Source: an uncultured Acidobacteriota bacterium (GTDB taxonomy: Bacteria; Acidobacteriota; Vicinamibacteria; Vicinamibacterales; UBA2999). From it: a stretch of 64,000 nt of DNA. Position numbers and translations under genes: made by a program. Location: the NCBI GenBank assembly GCA_963807405.1, contig CAWEBU010000006.1:615733-679732 (forward strand), in the 5' to 3' direction. Shown here one piece after another: positions 17,534 through 28,504 of this stretch (the first letter of the stretch is position 1; the number at the start of each line of letters is the position of its first letter). The notes under the pieces are model-generated. The model searched no databases and was not told where the DNA came from. It saw only the letters and a list, made by a program, of their open reading frames with translations.

Positions 17534-19747
17534 ATGCCCGACCGCACCCCACGACCGCTCCTGCCGGGTCCGGCCCTCGCGCCCACCGCGCGAGCGCGCG
17601 ACTGGCTGCGCCGTTCGATGCCCGGCCGCATCCTCACGGCCGGTGTCGTCCTCAAGGTCATCGACCTGGCGGCCACTGCGGTCTTCGGCGAGCCGCGGCC
17701 CGGGTGGGTCGAACTCGTCGACACCGTCGGCACGCTGGCCATCGTCCTGACCCTCGCCTATGTGCTGACGCGTGGCCTCGGCTGGATGCGCCGCCGCCTG
17801 CTGTGGCGTGTGCGCCGCAAGCTCATCCTGTCCTACGTCTTCGTCGGCCTCGTGCCCAGCCTGCTCATCGTCACGTTCTTCGTCCTGACGGGACTGCTCC
17901 TCATCCGCAACGTCGCCGGCTACATGGTGCAGACCCGCCTCGAGGCGCAGACCACGCAGGCGCGGTTCCTCGCGCAGACGGTGCTCCTCGATGTGCAGCG
18001 CGCCACCTCCGCGGCGGCCGTCCGCGACACCCTCGAGCGTCAGCAGGCCAACGCCGCGGCACGTTATCCGTTCCTGTCGATCGCGATCGTGCCGGTCGCT
18101 GGCGTCACCTGTGCGGCAGGCGTCCCGGCCACCGACAGCGGACGGACCCCGCAGCTGCCGGCCGCGGCCGGGCCGTGGGCGCACCTGCCGGCGCCGACGT
18201 CGCTGCCGTCCTGGATCTCGACCTGTCAGGGCGTGGCGGAGCTCACCGCCTACGACGCGGCCGAGCCGGCGCGCCGGGCCGGCGGGGAAGCCGACCTCCG
18301 GCTGGTGGCGCGCGCCGTGGCGCTGCCGGCCACGGCGGCGCCGACCTGGGCGGTGGTGCTCGACCTGCCGGTGTCGGCGGTGGTCGAGCGGCGGATCCTC
18401 GACGAGACCGGTATCCAGCTGGGCGCCATCGGCGACCTGCGCACCGACGAATCGCCGGCGGTCGCCGCGCGCGGCGCCGCCCTCGACGCCCGTCCGGTGC
18501 CCGACTACGGCAGCGGGCTCGTCAATCAGGCGATGCGCCGCTGGGTCGTGCTGGTGCAGCACGTGGACTGGACCACCGGCGCGCGCGGCGATCTGAACGT
18601 CATGCTGTCGTTGCACCTGGTCGACATCTACCGTCGCATCGCCTTCGGCGCCGGCCTGGGCAGCGCCTTCAGCGGTGTCCTGCTCGGGGCGCTGGTGGTG
18701 GTCGCCGTGCTGTTCCTGCTCATCCAGGGCGTGGCGCTGGTGCTCGGCCTCACGCTGGCGCGCCAGATCACGGGCGCCGTCCACGACCTGTTCACCGGCA
18801 CCGAGCACCTGCGCAACCGCAACTTCACCCACATCATTCCCGTCCGCGCCCGCGACCAGCTCGGCGAGCTCGCCGACTCGTTCAACGTGATGACCGGCGA
18901 GGTCACGCGCCTGCTGTCGGAAGTCGCCCAGAAGGAGCGGCTCGAGCAGGAGTTCGCGACCGCCCGCGAGATCCAGATGAAGCTGCTGCCCCAGGGGCCC
19001 CTGACCGTCCCGGGGCTGGCCGTCTCGGCCTATTGCGAACCGGCGCGCGAGGTCGGGGGCGATTACTACGACATGTTCCCGGTCGGCGACGACGTCTTCG
19101 GGTTCCTGATTGCCGATGTCTCGGGCAAGGGCGTCGGCGCCGGCCTCTACATGGCGCAGCTCAAGGGACTGGTGTTGTCCCTTGCCCGGCAGTACCCGTC
19201 GCCGCGCGATCTGCTGCTGGCCGTCAATCGCATCCTGGTCGACCATCTCGACGGCCGCAGCTTCATCACCATGAGCTACGTCGTCGTCGACCTGCGGCGT
19301 CAGGTGATGACCTACGCGCGCGCCGGCCACTGCCCGATGATCGTGGCGCCGGGCACCCGTGGCGGCGTCCAGCCGCCGATCAAGGTGCTGGCTCCCGACG
19401 GCCTGGTCGTCGGGCTGTCGCTCGACGACGGGTCGCTGTTCGAGTCGCTGCTCGAGGAAGTGACGGTGCCGCTCGCCCCCGGCGACCTGTTCATGCTCTT
19501 CACCGACGGCATGAGCGAGATGATGAACCCGCAGCACGACTGCTTCGGGGAGGCGCGGCTCGGGGAGCTCGCCGGTCTCCACCGCGACCTGCCGCTCGAT
19601 CAGCTGGCCGATCGCCTGGTGGCCGAAGTGCGCGCCTTCGGCGCCGGCGCCGGCCAGCACGACGACATGACGATGCTGCTGCTGCGCGTCGAGGCGGCGG
19701 CGGCGGGAGAACGGCCGGTCACCGCGGTGGTGCCGGTGGAGGCCTGA
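17534..19747 (+). CDS. membrane sensor PP2C/SpoIIE-family phosphatase with HAMP domain
   Basis: Start at ATG 17534. Several TM helices flank a roughly 240-aa extracytoplasmic region. HAMP domain (ARQITGAVHDL...LGELADSFNVM). PP2C motifs GGDYYD and ADVSGKG. The stop overlaps the rnc start (TGATG). Confidence 0.85.
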   Translation: MPDRTPRPLLPGPALAPTARARDWLRRSMPGRILTAGVVLKVIDLAATAVFGEPRPGWVELVDTVGTLAIVLTLAYVLTRGLGWMRRRLLWRVRRKLILSYVFVGLVPSLLIVTFFVLTGLLLIRNVAGYMVQTRLEAQTTQARFLAQTVLLDVQRATSAAAVRDTLERQQANAAARYPFLSIAIVPVAGVTCAAGVPATDSGRTPQLPAAAGPWAHLPAPTSLPSWISTCQGVAELTAYDAAEPARRAGGEADLRLVARAVALPATAAPTWAVVLDLPVSAVVERRILDETGIQLGAIGDLRTDESPAVAARGAALDARPVPDYGSGLVNQAMRRWVVLVQHVDWTTGARGDLNVMLSLHLVDIYRRIAFGAGLGSAFSGVLLGALVVVAVLFLLIQGVALVLGLTLARQITGAVHDLFTGTEHLRNRNFTHIIPVRARDQLGELADSFNVMTGEVTRLLSEVAQKERLEQEFATAREIQMKLLPQGPLTVPGLAVSAYCEPAREVGGDYYDMFPVGDDVFGFLIADVSGKGVGAGLYMAQLKGLVLSLARQYPSPRDLLLAVNRILVDHLDGRSFITMSYVVVDLRRQVMTYARAGHCPMIVAPGTRGGVQPPIKVLAPDGLVVGLSLDDGSLFESLLEEVTVPLAPGDLFMLFTDGMSEMMNPQHDCFGEARLGELAGLHRDLPLDQLADRLVAEVRAFGAGAGQHDDMTMLLLRVEAAAAGERPVTAVVPVEA

Positions 19748-20689
19748 TGACGGACACCGAAGTCGTCTTTCGCACGCAGTCGGAGATCGAAGCGTCGGTC
19801 GTGGAGGGGCTGCTCGTCAGTCAGGGGCTGCACGCGGTGCGCCTGTCGGGACCGCCGGCCAACGTGTTCGCCTTCGCCGTCACGACGCTCGGCGAGATCC
19901 GGATCGGCGTGCCCGAGGACGAGGTGGCCGACGCCCGGCGCGTGCTGCTCAGCCACGGCGATGCCGGCGGCGCCGGCCTGGTCGTGCCGGCGCTGACGCA
20001 GCTGCGCGACGTCGAGGCGCAGCTGCACTACGTGTTCCGCGACCGCGGCCTGCTCGAACACGCGCTCACGCACAAGTCGCGTACCGCCGAGGACCCGAGC
20101 GGCGGGGTCGTCGACAACGAGTCGCTCGAGTTCCTGGGCGACGCGGTGCTCGGATTCATCGTCGCCGACCTGCTCTATCGCGAGTTCCCCGACTACTCGG
20201 AAGGCCCGAAGTCGAAGGCCAAGGCCGCGCTCGTCTCGACCGCCACGCTCGCCGGCATCAGCCGGCGGCTCGGCCTCGGCGACAATCTGCTGCTCGGCCG
20301 GGGCGAAGCCAAGACCGGCGGCCGCACCAAGCCGGCCCTGCTCGCCGACGTGCTCGAAGCGGTGATCGCCGCCATCTACCTCGACGGCGGCATCGACGCC
20401 GCCCGGCCAGTTCATCGAGCTCGCCTGGCGACCGCTCGTCGACACGGTGCGCGAGACGGCCACGTTCGGCGGCGACCACAAGTCGGCGCTGCAGGAGTGG
20501 CTGCAGGGCACCGGGCGACCGCTACCCGGCTATCGCATCGCGCTCGAAACCGGCCCCGATCACGAAAAGCATTTCCACGTCGACGCGGTGGTGGACGGCG
20601 TCGTCATCGCCTCCGGGACTGGCCGCACGAAGAAAGAGGCGGAGCAGGAAGCGGCCCGCCTCGCGATGGTGGCGCTGACGCGCCGCTAG
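19747..20689 (+). pseudogene. rnc: ribonuclease III with N-terminal DUF2007-like extension; one frameshift near 20411-20420
   Basis: Catalytic NESLEFLGDAVL is present. After ...YLDGGIDAAR the frame changes to QFIELAWRPLVDTVRETATFGGDHKSALQEW... (dsRBD, ORF 20447-20689). Length is 943 nt, which is 3n+1. Confidence 0.8.
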
Positions 20690-21834
20690 TCAATCTCGAT
20701 GATGCCCCACGGCTTGCGCTCGGCTGCGCTTGCCGTGCCGGCGGCGGCCAGGTCGCGCTCCGGCCGCGGCAGGCGTCCGAGCGCGTAGTGCTGCACCTCG
20801 CGCGCCACGTCGTCGACGCCGGGCGGCATCGGTCTCGCGTGCAGCCGCACCCACAGGCGCAGCACCGGGTCGGCGAAGCTGTAGCGCTTCTGCCGCGCCG
20901 AGACGAGGTCGACGTCCTCGAGCCACGACAGGTAGTCCTTCGTGGAGCCGGGCGTCCGCCGCAGGCGCTGCGCGATCTCGGTGAGGGTCAGCGGTTCTTC
21001 CTCGGCCAGGATCTCGAGGATGGCTTTGAGCGCGCCGTAGCCGCGCGCCCGATGCAGGCGCAGCTCGTAGCGGTAGCCGCACCACGCCGTCAGCGCCCCG
21101 TCGGACGTCAGCAGCGCCGTCAGCGCGCTGATCGGATCGCCGCCGCGCTGGTTCATCGACGCGCACATCTCGCCGAGCGCGTGCACGTAGGCGGCGCGGC
21201 CGTCGGCGAGGGCGTGCACGGCGGCGGCCAGCTCATCGCGGTCGGTGGCGCCGGCGGCGTCCGACGGCGGCAGCATGCCGGCGACGTCGGCCAGGGCGAG
21301 CGGCGGCAGGTGCACCACCTCGAAGCGGGCCGCGGCATCGCGCAGCACGCGATGGGCGCGAGCCACGTAGCGGCTGGAGCAGACGAAGCGGTTCGGGCTG
21401 TCGGCGATGGCCTCGACCAGCTCGCGCAGGACGTGACGCAGGCCGGGGAAGTTCTCGAAGGTGCGCAGTTCGAGCACTTCGTCGAGCAGGAAAATGGCGG
21501 CCTGGCCGTCCGTCGTGCGGGCGCGCTGCAGGAAGGCCAGCGTGCGGTCGAAGGCGTCACGCGCACTGGTCGGCGGCGCGGCCTCATCCGGCCCGGTCGC
21601 GGGATCGACGAACGGCGAGGCCGCCAGCACGGCGCCGTGGAAGCGCTCGGGCGTACTGGCTGAGCGCTCGACGTCGACGTACTGACAATGCGTGCGCCCG
21701 AAGCGGTCGGCGAGCGCGTGGAGCAGCGTGGTGCGGCCGGTGCCGCATCCGCCGAGCACCACCGGAACGCGCGACGGCGTCGCGTCGAGCGAGGCGGTGA
21801 TGCGGCGTTCCAGCCCGGCGTGAGGAGCCATCAT
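20686..21834 (-). CDS. P-loop ATPase (archaeal-ATPase/ATPase_2-like) with C-terminal winged-helix region
   Basis: Walker A GGCGTGRTTLL and Walker B-like AIFLLDEV. C-terminal LTLTEIAQRLRRTPGSTKDYLSWLEDVDLV looks like a wHTH. Confidence 0.75.
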   Translation of the reverse strand: MMAPHAGLERRITASLDATPSRVPVVLGGCGTGRTTLLHALADRFGRTHCQYVDVERSASTPERFHGAVLAASPFVDPATGPDEAAPPTSARDAFDRTLAFLQRARTTDGQAAIFLLDEVLELRTFENFPGLRHVLRELVEAIADSPNRFVCSSRYVARAHRVLRDAAARFEVVHLPPLALADVAGMLPPSDAAGATDRDELAAAVHALADGRAAYVHALGEMCASMNQRGGDPISALTALLTSDGALTAWCGYRYELRLHRARGYGALKAILEILAEEEPLTLTEIAQRLRRTPGSTKDYLSWLEDVDLVSARQKRYSFADPVLRLWVRLHARPMPPGVDDVAREVQHYALGRLPRPERDLAAAGTASAAERKPWGIIEID

Positions 21835-21954
21835 GAATCGAGACCTCGCCGCACGCGCAGGCCCGAGGGGGCCGCGCGGTCGTGACTCATGAGAGCGAGT
21901 GTGACGGCGATGGTCATAGGCGACGCGAAGCGCGGGGGACGCGCGGAGTTCTAG

Positions 21955-23469
<1,515 letters not shown>

Positions 23470-23502
23470 CCTCGGTCCGGCGCCGGCCCGCGGAGGCCCG
23501 CG

Positions 23503-24147
23503 CTAGCCGCGCCGGTGCATTTCCCAGAACTGGCTGAGCGCCTCGGCGTTGGTGCCGTTGAACTCGATGCCCGCGCGGTAGCGGGGGGACAGGTTCTTCG
23601 GCATCTCGAACGACGCCCACGCCACCGACCCGATGCAGCGCACGACACCGCGCGCGTCGGCGAACGACACCCGCACGCGCTGGTTGGGCTTGAGCGCGAA
23701 CGGCGCCACCACCTGCGCGCCGAGAATCGACAGATCGATGAGCAGGGCCGGATCGCCGTCGACGAGGACTTCGATGCCCTCGGAGATACGCACGCGGGCC
23801 GCTCGCCGCACGCCCTGCTGGAAGGGGGTGACGGGCGCCCCGTCGTCGGGCGACGGCGGCCGCCGCACTCCTGAGGGCCGCGGGCCGGCCTCGTGAGCCA
23901 CCACCCGCACCTCGCACTCCGCCAGCGTCGGATCGTCCTTGACGCGTCCGATCAGCGCGACGCCACGCGAGGTGCCAGAGAACTCGCTCTCGACCGCCAC
24001 GATGCGCGGCCGATGCCGGAAGATGTGCTCGAGGGCCTCGATCGCTTCGGCGTCGGTGAAGCTGTGGACGCGGCCGCCTGATTCGAACCTGGCGCGCAGC
24101 GTCGGCAGCGTGCGCTCCGGACCGATGACGACGATGGTCGCTGACAC
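23503..24147 (-). CDS. PilZ domain protein with receiver-like N-terminal domain
   Basis: The C-terminal half has PilZ motifs RRAARVR and DLSILG. The N-terminal roughly 90 aa has a CheY-like pattern but no obvious phospho-acceptor context. Confidence 0.65.
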   Translation of the reverse strand: MSATIVVIGPERTLPTLRARFESGGRVHSFTDAEAIEALEHIFRHRPRIVAVESEFSGTSRGVALIGRVKDDPTLAECEVRVVAHEAGPRPSGVRRPPSPDDGAPVTPFQQGVRRAARVRISEGIEVLVDGDPALLIDLSILGAQVVAPFALKPNQRVRVSFADARGVVRCIGSVAWASFEMPKNLSPRYRAGIEFNGTNAEALSQFWEMHRRG

Positions 24148-24203
24148 GAGAGGCTCAGTCTACGGCAGCGTCCGCACCGGCGCAACGCGCATACAATTCC
24201 CTG

Positions 24204-25136
24204 ATGCCGCCCGAAGTCGCGCTCGCCTGCCGCGCGGTCGTCAAGCGCTACGGGGCGGTGGTGGCCGTGGACGGCCTCGACCTGCACGTCTACCGTGGCG
24301 AGTGCTTCGGGCTGCTCGGCCCGAACGGCGCCGGCAAGACCACCACCATCGAGATGCTCGAGGGACTGGTCACCCCTGATGCCGGCGAGGTCGAGGTGCT
24401 GGGCCAGCGCTGGAGCGAGGCCGGCAACTCCCTGCGGTCGCGGCTCGGCATCCAGCTCCAGGAGACGCAGCTGGCCGACAAGCTGTCGGTCGCAGAAACG
24501 CTGCGCCTGTTCCGCTCGTTCCATGCCACCGGACGGCCGGTGTCCGAGGTGCTGGCGCTGGTCGGACTCGAGTCGAAGGCCGGGGCCTGGGTGGGGAAGT
24601 TGTCGGGCGGGCAGCGCCAGCGTCTGTCGGTGGCGTGCGCGCTCGTCGGCGACCCCGAAGTGCTGTTCCTCGACGAGCCGACCACCGGCCTCGATCCGCA
24701 GTCGCGGCTCCAGCTGTGGGATGTGTTGCGGCGGTTCAAGGACGGCGGCGGCACCATCCTCCTGACCACCCACTACATGGACGAGGCCGCGACGCTGTGC
24801 GATCGGGTCGGGGTCGTCGACCGCGGCAAGCTGATTGCCCTCGGCACGCCGGAATCGCTCGTGCAGTCGCTCGGCACCGCCCATGTCGTCCAGGTGACGT
24901 TCGACGGGGGCTCGCTCCCACCCGTCGAGCGCTTCGCCGCGCTCGCCGGCGTGGCCGAGGCGCGCCTCGAAGCCGGCGTCGTCACGCTCGGCAGCGCCGC
25001 CATCCACGAGACGATTCCTTCCGTGCTGGCCGAGCTGGCGGGGGCCGGCGCCGCCGTGCAGGAACTGCGCACGCACAGCGCCACGCTCGAAGACGTCTTC
25101 GTGGCCCTCACCGGGAGGCATCTGCGCGATGGCTGA
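24204..25136 (+). CDS. ABC transporter ATP-binding protein (ABC-2/DrrA-like)
   Basis: Walker A GPNGAGKTT, signature LSGGQRQR, Walker B LFLDEPT. Confidence 0.9.
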   Translation: MPPEVALACRAVVKRYGAVVAVDGLDLHVYRGECFGLLGPNGAGKTTTIEMLEGLVTPDAGEVEVLGQRWSEAGNSLRSRLGIQLQETQLADKLSVAETLRLFRSFHATGRPVSEVLALVGLESKAGAWVGKLSGGQRQRLSVACALVGDPEVLFLDEPTTGLDPQSRLQLWDVLRRFKDGGGTILLTTHYMDEAATLCDRVGVVDRGKLIALGTPESLVQSLGTAHVVQVTFDGGSLPPVERFAALAGVAEARLEAGVVTLGSAAIHETIPSVLAELAGAGAAVQELRTHSATLEDVFVALTGRHLRDG

Positions 25137-26184
25137 TCGGCATCGTTCCCGCGCCTACATGACGGCGTTGTCTGAGCTGACGCTGGCGCGCATTCGCGAG
25201 TTCCTGCGCGAGCCAGAAGCCATCTTCTGGGTGTTCGGCTTTCCCGTCATCATGACGATCGCCCTCGGCATCGCGTTCCGGACGCGCGCCGACGAACCGG
25301 TGGTGGCCGGTGTCGAGCGCGGCGCCGGCGCCGCGGCGGTGGTGGCCACCCTCGAGACGGCGGGTGGGTTCATCGTGCGCGAGGTGCCGGCGACCGGCGT
25401 CGAGACGGCGCTGCGCGACGGCGCGGTGCAGGTCGTCATCGTGCCGGGCACGCCGCCGACCTACCGCTTCGATCCCGACCGCGCCGAGAGCCAGCTGGCG
25501 CGCCTGGCCGCGGACCGGGCGCTGCAGCGGGCCGCCGGCCGTGAGGACGCGTTCGTCGCGCGCGAGGACGCCGTGCGGGCGGTCGGGTCGCGGTACATCG
25601 ACTGGCTGGTTCCCGGATTGCTCGGCCTGAACATCATGGGCACCGGCATGTGGAGCACCAGCTTCGCCATCGTGACGGCGCGGACCAGAAAGCTGCTCAA
25701 GCGCTTCGCCGCCACGCCGATGCCGCGCTCGGCGTACCTGCTGTCGTTCGTCGGCAGCCGCCTGGCGTTCCTGGCGGCCGAGGCCATCGTGCTCGTGGGC
25801 TTTGCCTGGCTGGCGTTCGATGTCGGCGTGCACGGCAGCCTCGCCGCGCTGGCCGTGGTCTCGCTCGTCGGGGCGCTCGCCTTCGGCGGCATCGCGCTGC
25901 TGGCCGCCAGCCGCGCCCGGACCGTCGAGGGCGTGTCGGGCCTGCTCAACCTGGTCATGTTGCCGATGTGGGTGTTCTCGGGCGTCTTCTTCGCCTCGTC
26001 GAATTTTCCCGAGGCCATGCAGCCGTTCATCCACGCCCTGCCGCTGACGGCGCTCAACGACGCGCTGCGGGGCGTGATGAACGACGGCCAGCCGCTCGCC
26101 GCCCTGTGGCGCGACCTGGCCGTGATGACGGCCTGGGGCGGCGCGTCATTCGCGGCCGCGTTCAGGTACTTCCGCTGGACCTAG
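25129..26184 (+). CDS. ABC-2 type transporter permease
   Basis: Overlaps the ATPase stop. An N-terminal helix, an extracytoplasmic loop, then 5 further hydrophobic helices, as in ABC-2 permeases. An alternative start is ATG 25159. Confidence 0.8.
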   Translation: MADRHRSRAYMTALSELTLARIREFLREPEAIFWVFGFPVIMTIALGIAFRTRADEPVVAGVERGAGAAAVVATLETAGGFIVREVPATGVETALRDGAVQVVIVPGTPPTYRFDPDRAESQLARLAADRALQRAAGREDAFVAREDAVRAVGSRYIDWLVPGLLGLNIMGTGMWSTSFAIVTARTRKLLKRFAATPMPRSAYLLSFVGSRLAFLAAEAIVLVGFAWLAFDVGVHGSLAALAVVSLVGALAFGGIALLAASRARTVEGVSGLLNLVMLPMWVFSGVFFASSNFPEAMQPFIHALPLTALNDALRGVMNDGQPLAALWRDLAVMTAWGGASFAAAFRYFRWT

Positions 26185-26191
26185 CGGACGT

Positions 26192-28423
26192 TCACGCGCC
26201 CTGTTCGTCGCGGGCGCTGGCGGCGTAGGACTCGATGAGCAGACGCTGCGCGTCGACCGACTCGCCGGTCGTGGAGGCCCGTTCGTAGCGCCCGCCGGGC
26301 GTGAGCACCCAGGTCCGCTCGGTGTCCTTCAGCAGCGGGCCGAGCACCACCTCGCGCAGATGGGTGCGCAGACCGGGATCGCCGATCGGGAACAGCACCT
26401 CGACGCGCCGATCGAGATTGCGCTCCATGAGGTCGGCGCTGCCGATGTAGAGCTCCGGATCACCGGCGTTCTCGAACCAGTAGAGACGCGAATGCTCGAG
26501 CAGGCGGCCGACGATCGAGCGGACATGGATGCGGTCGCTGACGCGCGGAATGCCCGGACGCAGGCAGCACACGCCGCGCACGATGAGATCGATGGCGACC
26601 CCGGCCTGCGAGGCGCGGTAGAGCAGCTTGATGGTGGCCAGATCGGCGACGGCGTTGTTCTTGATGATGATGCCGGCGGGACGCCCGGCCACGGCGTGCT
26701 CGATCTCGCGCTCGATGAGCGCGCGGATGCCCTGGCGCAGGCCGACCGGCGCCACCAGCAGCGCCCGGTAGCTGCGCTTGTTCGAGTAGCCGGTCAGCGT
26801 GTTGAAGACCTCCGTCACGTCGTCGACGATGGCGTCGTCGGCGGTGAACAGACCGATGTCGGTATAGACGCGCGAGGTCACGCGGTTGTAGTTGCCGGTG
26901 GCCAGATGGGCGTAGCGGCGGATGCCGCCGGCTTCCTTGCGGACGACCAGGCACAGCTTGCAGTGCACCTTGATGTTGACGAGACCGTAGACGACGTGGA
27001 TGCCGGCCGCCTCCAGGCGCGTCGCCCAGGCGATGTTGTTGCGTTCGTCGAAGCGCGCCTTGAGCTCGACCAGGACCGCCACCTGCTTGCCCTGCTCGGC
27101 GGCCTGGATGAGCAGGTCGACGAGGGGGGAGTCGGCGCCGATGCGGTAGAGCGTGATCTTGATGGCCACCACGTGCGGGTCCGCCACGGCCGCCCGCAGG
27201 AACGTCTCCACCGAGGTGAAGGAATCGAACGGGTGGTGGACCAGCACGTCCTCGTCGGCCACCTGCTCGAACACCTGGTCGGCGTCGTCCGGCCCCCACA
27301 GCGTCCGCGGGTGGAACATGGCGTCCTTGAGCGCCGGGCGGTGCAGGGCCGAGATCTGGTTCCAGTCGCCGAGACCCATGCGCGCGCTGGTGCGCACCAC
27401 GACGTCGTGGTCGACTTCGAAGTTCTCGATCAGGATGTCGAGCACCCGCCGCGGCATGTCGGCTTCCACCTGGAGCAGTGACGGCGCGCCGTAGCGCAGT
27501 TGCTTCAGGCCGCGGTCGACGCTCTCGAGCAGGTCGTCGGCCTCGTCTTCCTGGATCACCATGTCGGTGTCGCGGATGACGCGGAAGAGATGCGCGCCTT
27601 CGACCGTCGTGCCGGGGAACAGCGCCCGGATGTTGCGGCGGATGATGTCCTCGAGGAACACGAACGTGACGCCAGCGTGCGGCGAGAGGCCGGCCGGCAG
27701 TGTCACGAGACGCGGCAGCATGCCCGGGACCTTGACGCGGGCGAACTTGGTGCGGCCGCCGTGGCGGACCCGCACGGCCAGGTTCATGCTGAGGTTCGAG
27801 ATGAACGGGAAGGGATGTCCCGGATCGAACGCCAGCGGCGTCAGCACCGGAAACACCTGCGCTTCGAAGTACTCGGTCAGCCACTCGTCGAGCGCGGGCG
27901 AGTAGTCGCCGGGGTCGAGGAAGTGGATGCCCTCGCCGGCCAGCTGCGGACGCAACTGGCCCTGCCAGCAGCGGGTCTGCTCGGCCATCTGCTCGCCGGC
28001 GTGCATGCGGATGGCGTCCAGCTCGTCCTCGGTGCTCAGGCCGTCGATCGACGTGTCGTCGATCCCGGCGCGCAGCTTCTTGAGCAGGGTCGCCACCCGC
28101 ACCATGTAGAACTCGTCGAGATTGGTGGCGGAGATGGCGAGGAACTTCACCCGCTCGAGCAGCGGATGCGAGGCGTCGGTGGCCTGGGCGAGCACCCGGC
28201 GGTTGAACTCGAGCCAGCTCAGTTCTCTATTGATATAGAGCGCGGAGTTGCCGAGGTCGTCCGGGTCGAGCGTCGACCAGTCGGCCGGCAGCGGCTCGGC
28301 CGGCGCCGGCGCCGGCGCCGGCACTGCGCGGCGGCCGCGGCTGCGGCGCTGGGGAAACGGGAGCGGGCCGCCGGGGCGGGACGGCTCGGGAGAGGCGTCG
28401 GCCATGGGATTGCCGTCCAGCAT
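26192..28423 (-). CDS. ppk: polyphosphate kinase 1
   Basis: Conserved throughout, for example NRELSWLEFNRRVL, HCKLCLVVR and both PLD-like C-terminal domains. The start may be ATG 28405. Confidence 0.95.
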   Translation of the reverse strand: MLDGNPMADASPEPSRPGGPLPFPQRRSRGRRAVPAPAPAPAEPLPADWSTLDPDDLGNSALYINRELSWLEFNRRVLAQATDASHPLLERVKFLAISATNLDEFYMVRVATLLKKLRAGIDDTSIDGLSTEDELDAIRMHAGEQMAEQTRCWQGQLRPQLAGEGIHFLDPGDYSPALDEWLTEYFEAQVFPVLTPLAFDPGHPFPFISNLSMNLAVRVRHGGRTKFARVKVPGMLPRLVTLPAGLSPHAGVTFVFLEDIIRRNIRALFPGTTVEGAHLFRVIRDTDMVIQEDEADDLLESVDRGLKQLRYGAPSLLQVEADMPRRVLDILIENFEVDHDVVVRTSARMGLGDWNQISALHRPALKDAMFHPRTLWGPDDADQVFEQVADEDVLVHHPFDSFTSVETFLRAAVADPHVVAIKITLYRIGADSPLVDLLIQAAEQGKQVAVLVELKARFDERNNIAWATRLEAAGIHVVYGLVNIKVHCKLCLVVRKEAGGIRRYAHLATGNYNRVTSRVYTDIGLFTADDAIVDDVTEVFNTLTGYSNKRSYRALLVAPVGLRQGIRALIEREIEHAVAGRPAGIIIKNNAVADLATIKLLYRASQAGVAIDLIVRGVCCLRPGIPRVSDRIHVRSIVGRLLEHSRLYWFENAGDPELYIGSADLMERNLDRRVEVLFPIGDPGLRTHLREVVLGPLLKDTERTWVLTPGGRYERASTTGESVDAQRLLIESYAASARDEQGA

Positions 28424-28504
28424 ACCAAAGGCCGGCGTCTCGAACCACTTGTCGTCCGCGTAAACTATTGATATCAGGCCAGATATTGGCCCTTGCCGCG
28501 GTTG

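Noticed and set aside
17320-21663. 1447-aa ORF spanning several genes on the plus strand
   Set aside because: Most of it is Arg/Ala/Gly/Pro-rich out-of-frame translation across the PP2C gene and antisense to the ATPase gene. Only the segment 19747 to about 20415 (the RNase III N-terminal part) looks like real protein. This is a typical high-GC open-frame artefact.
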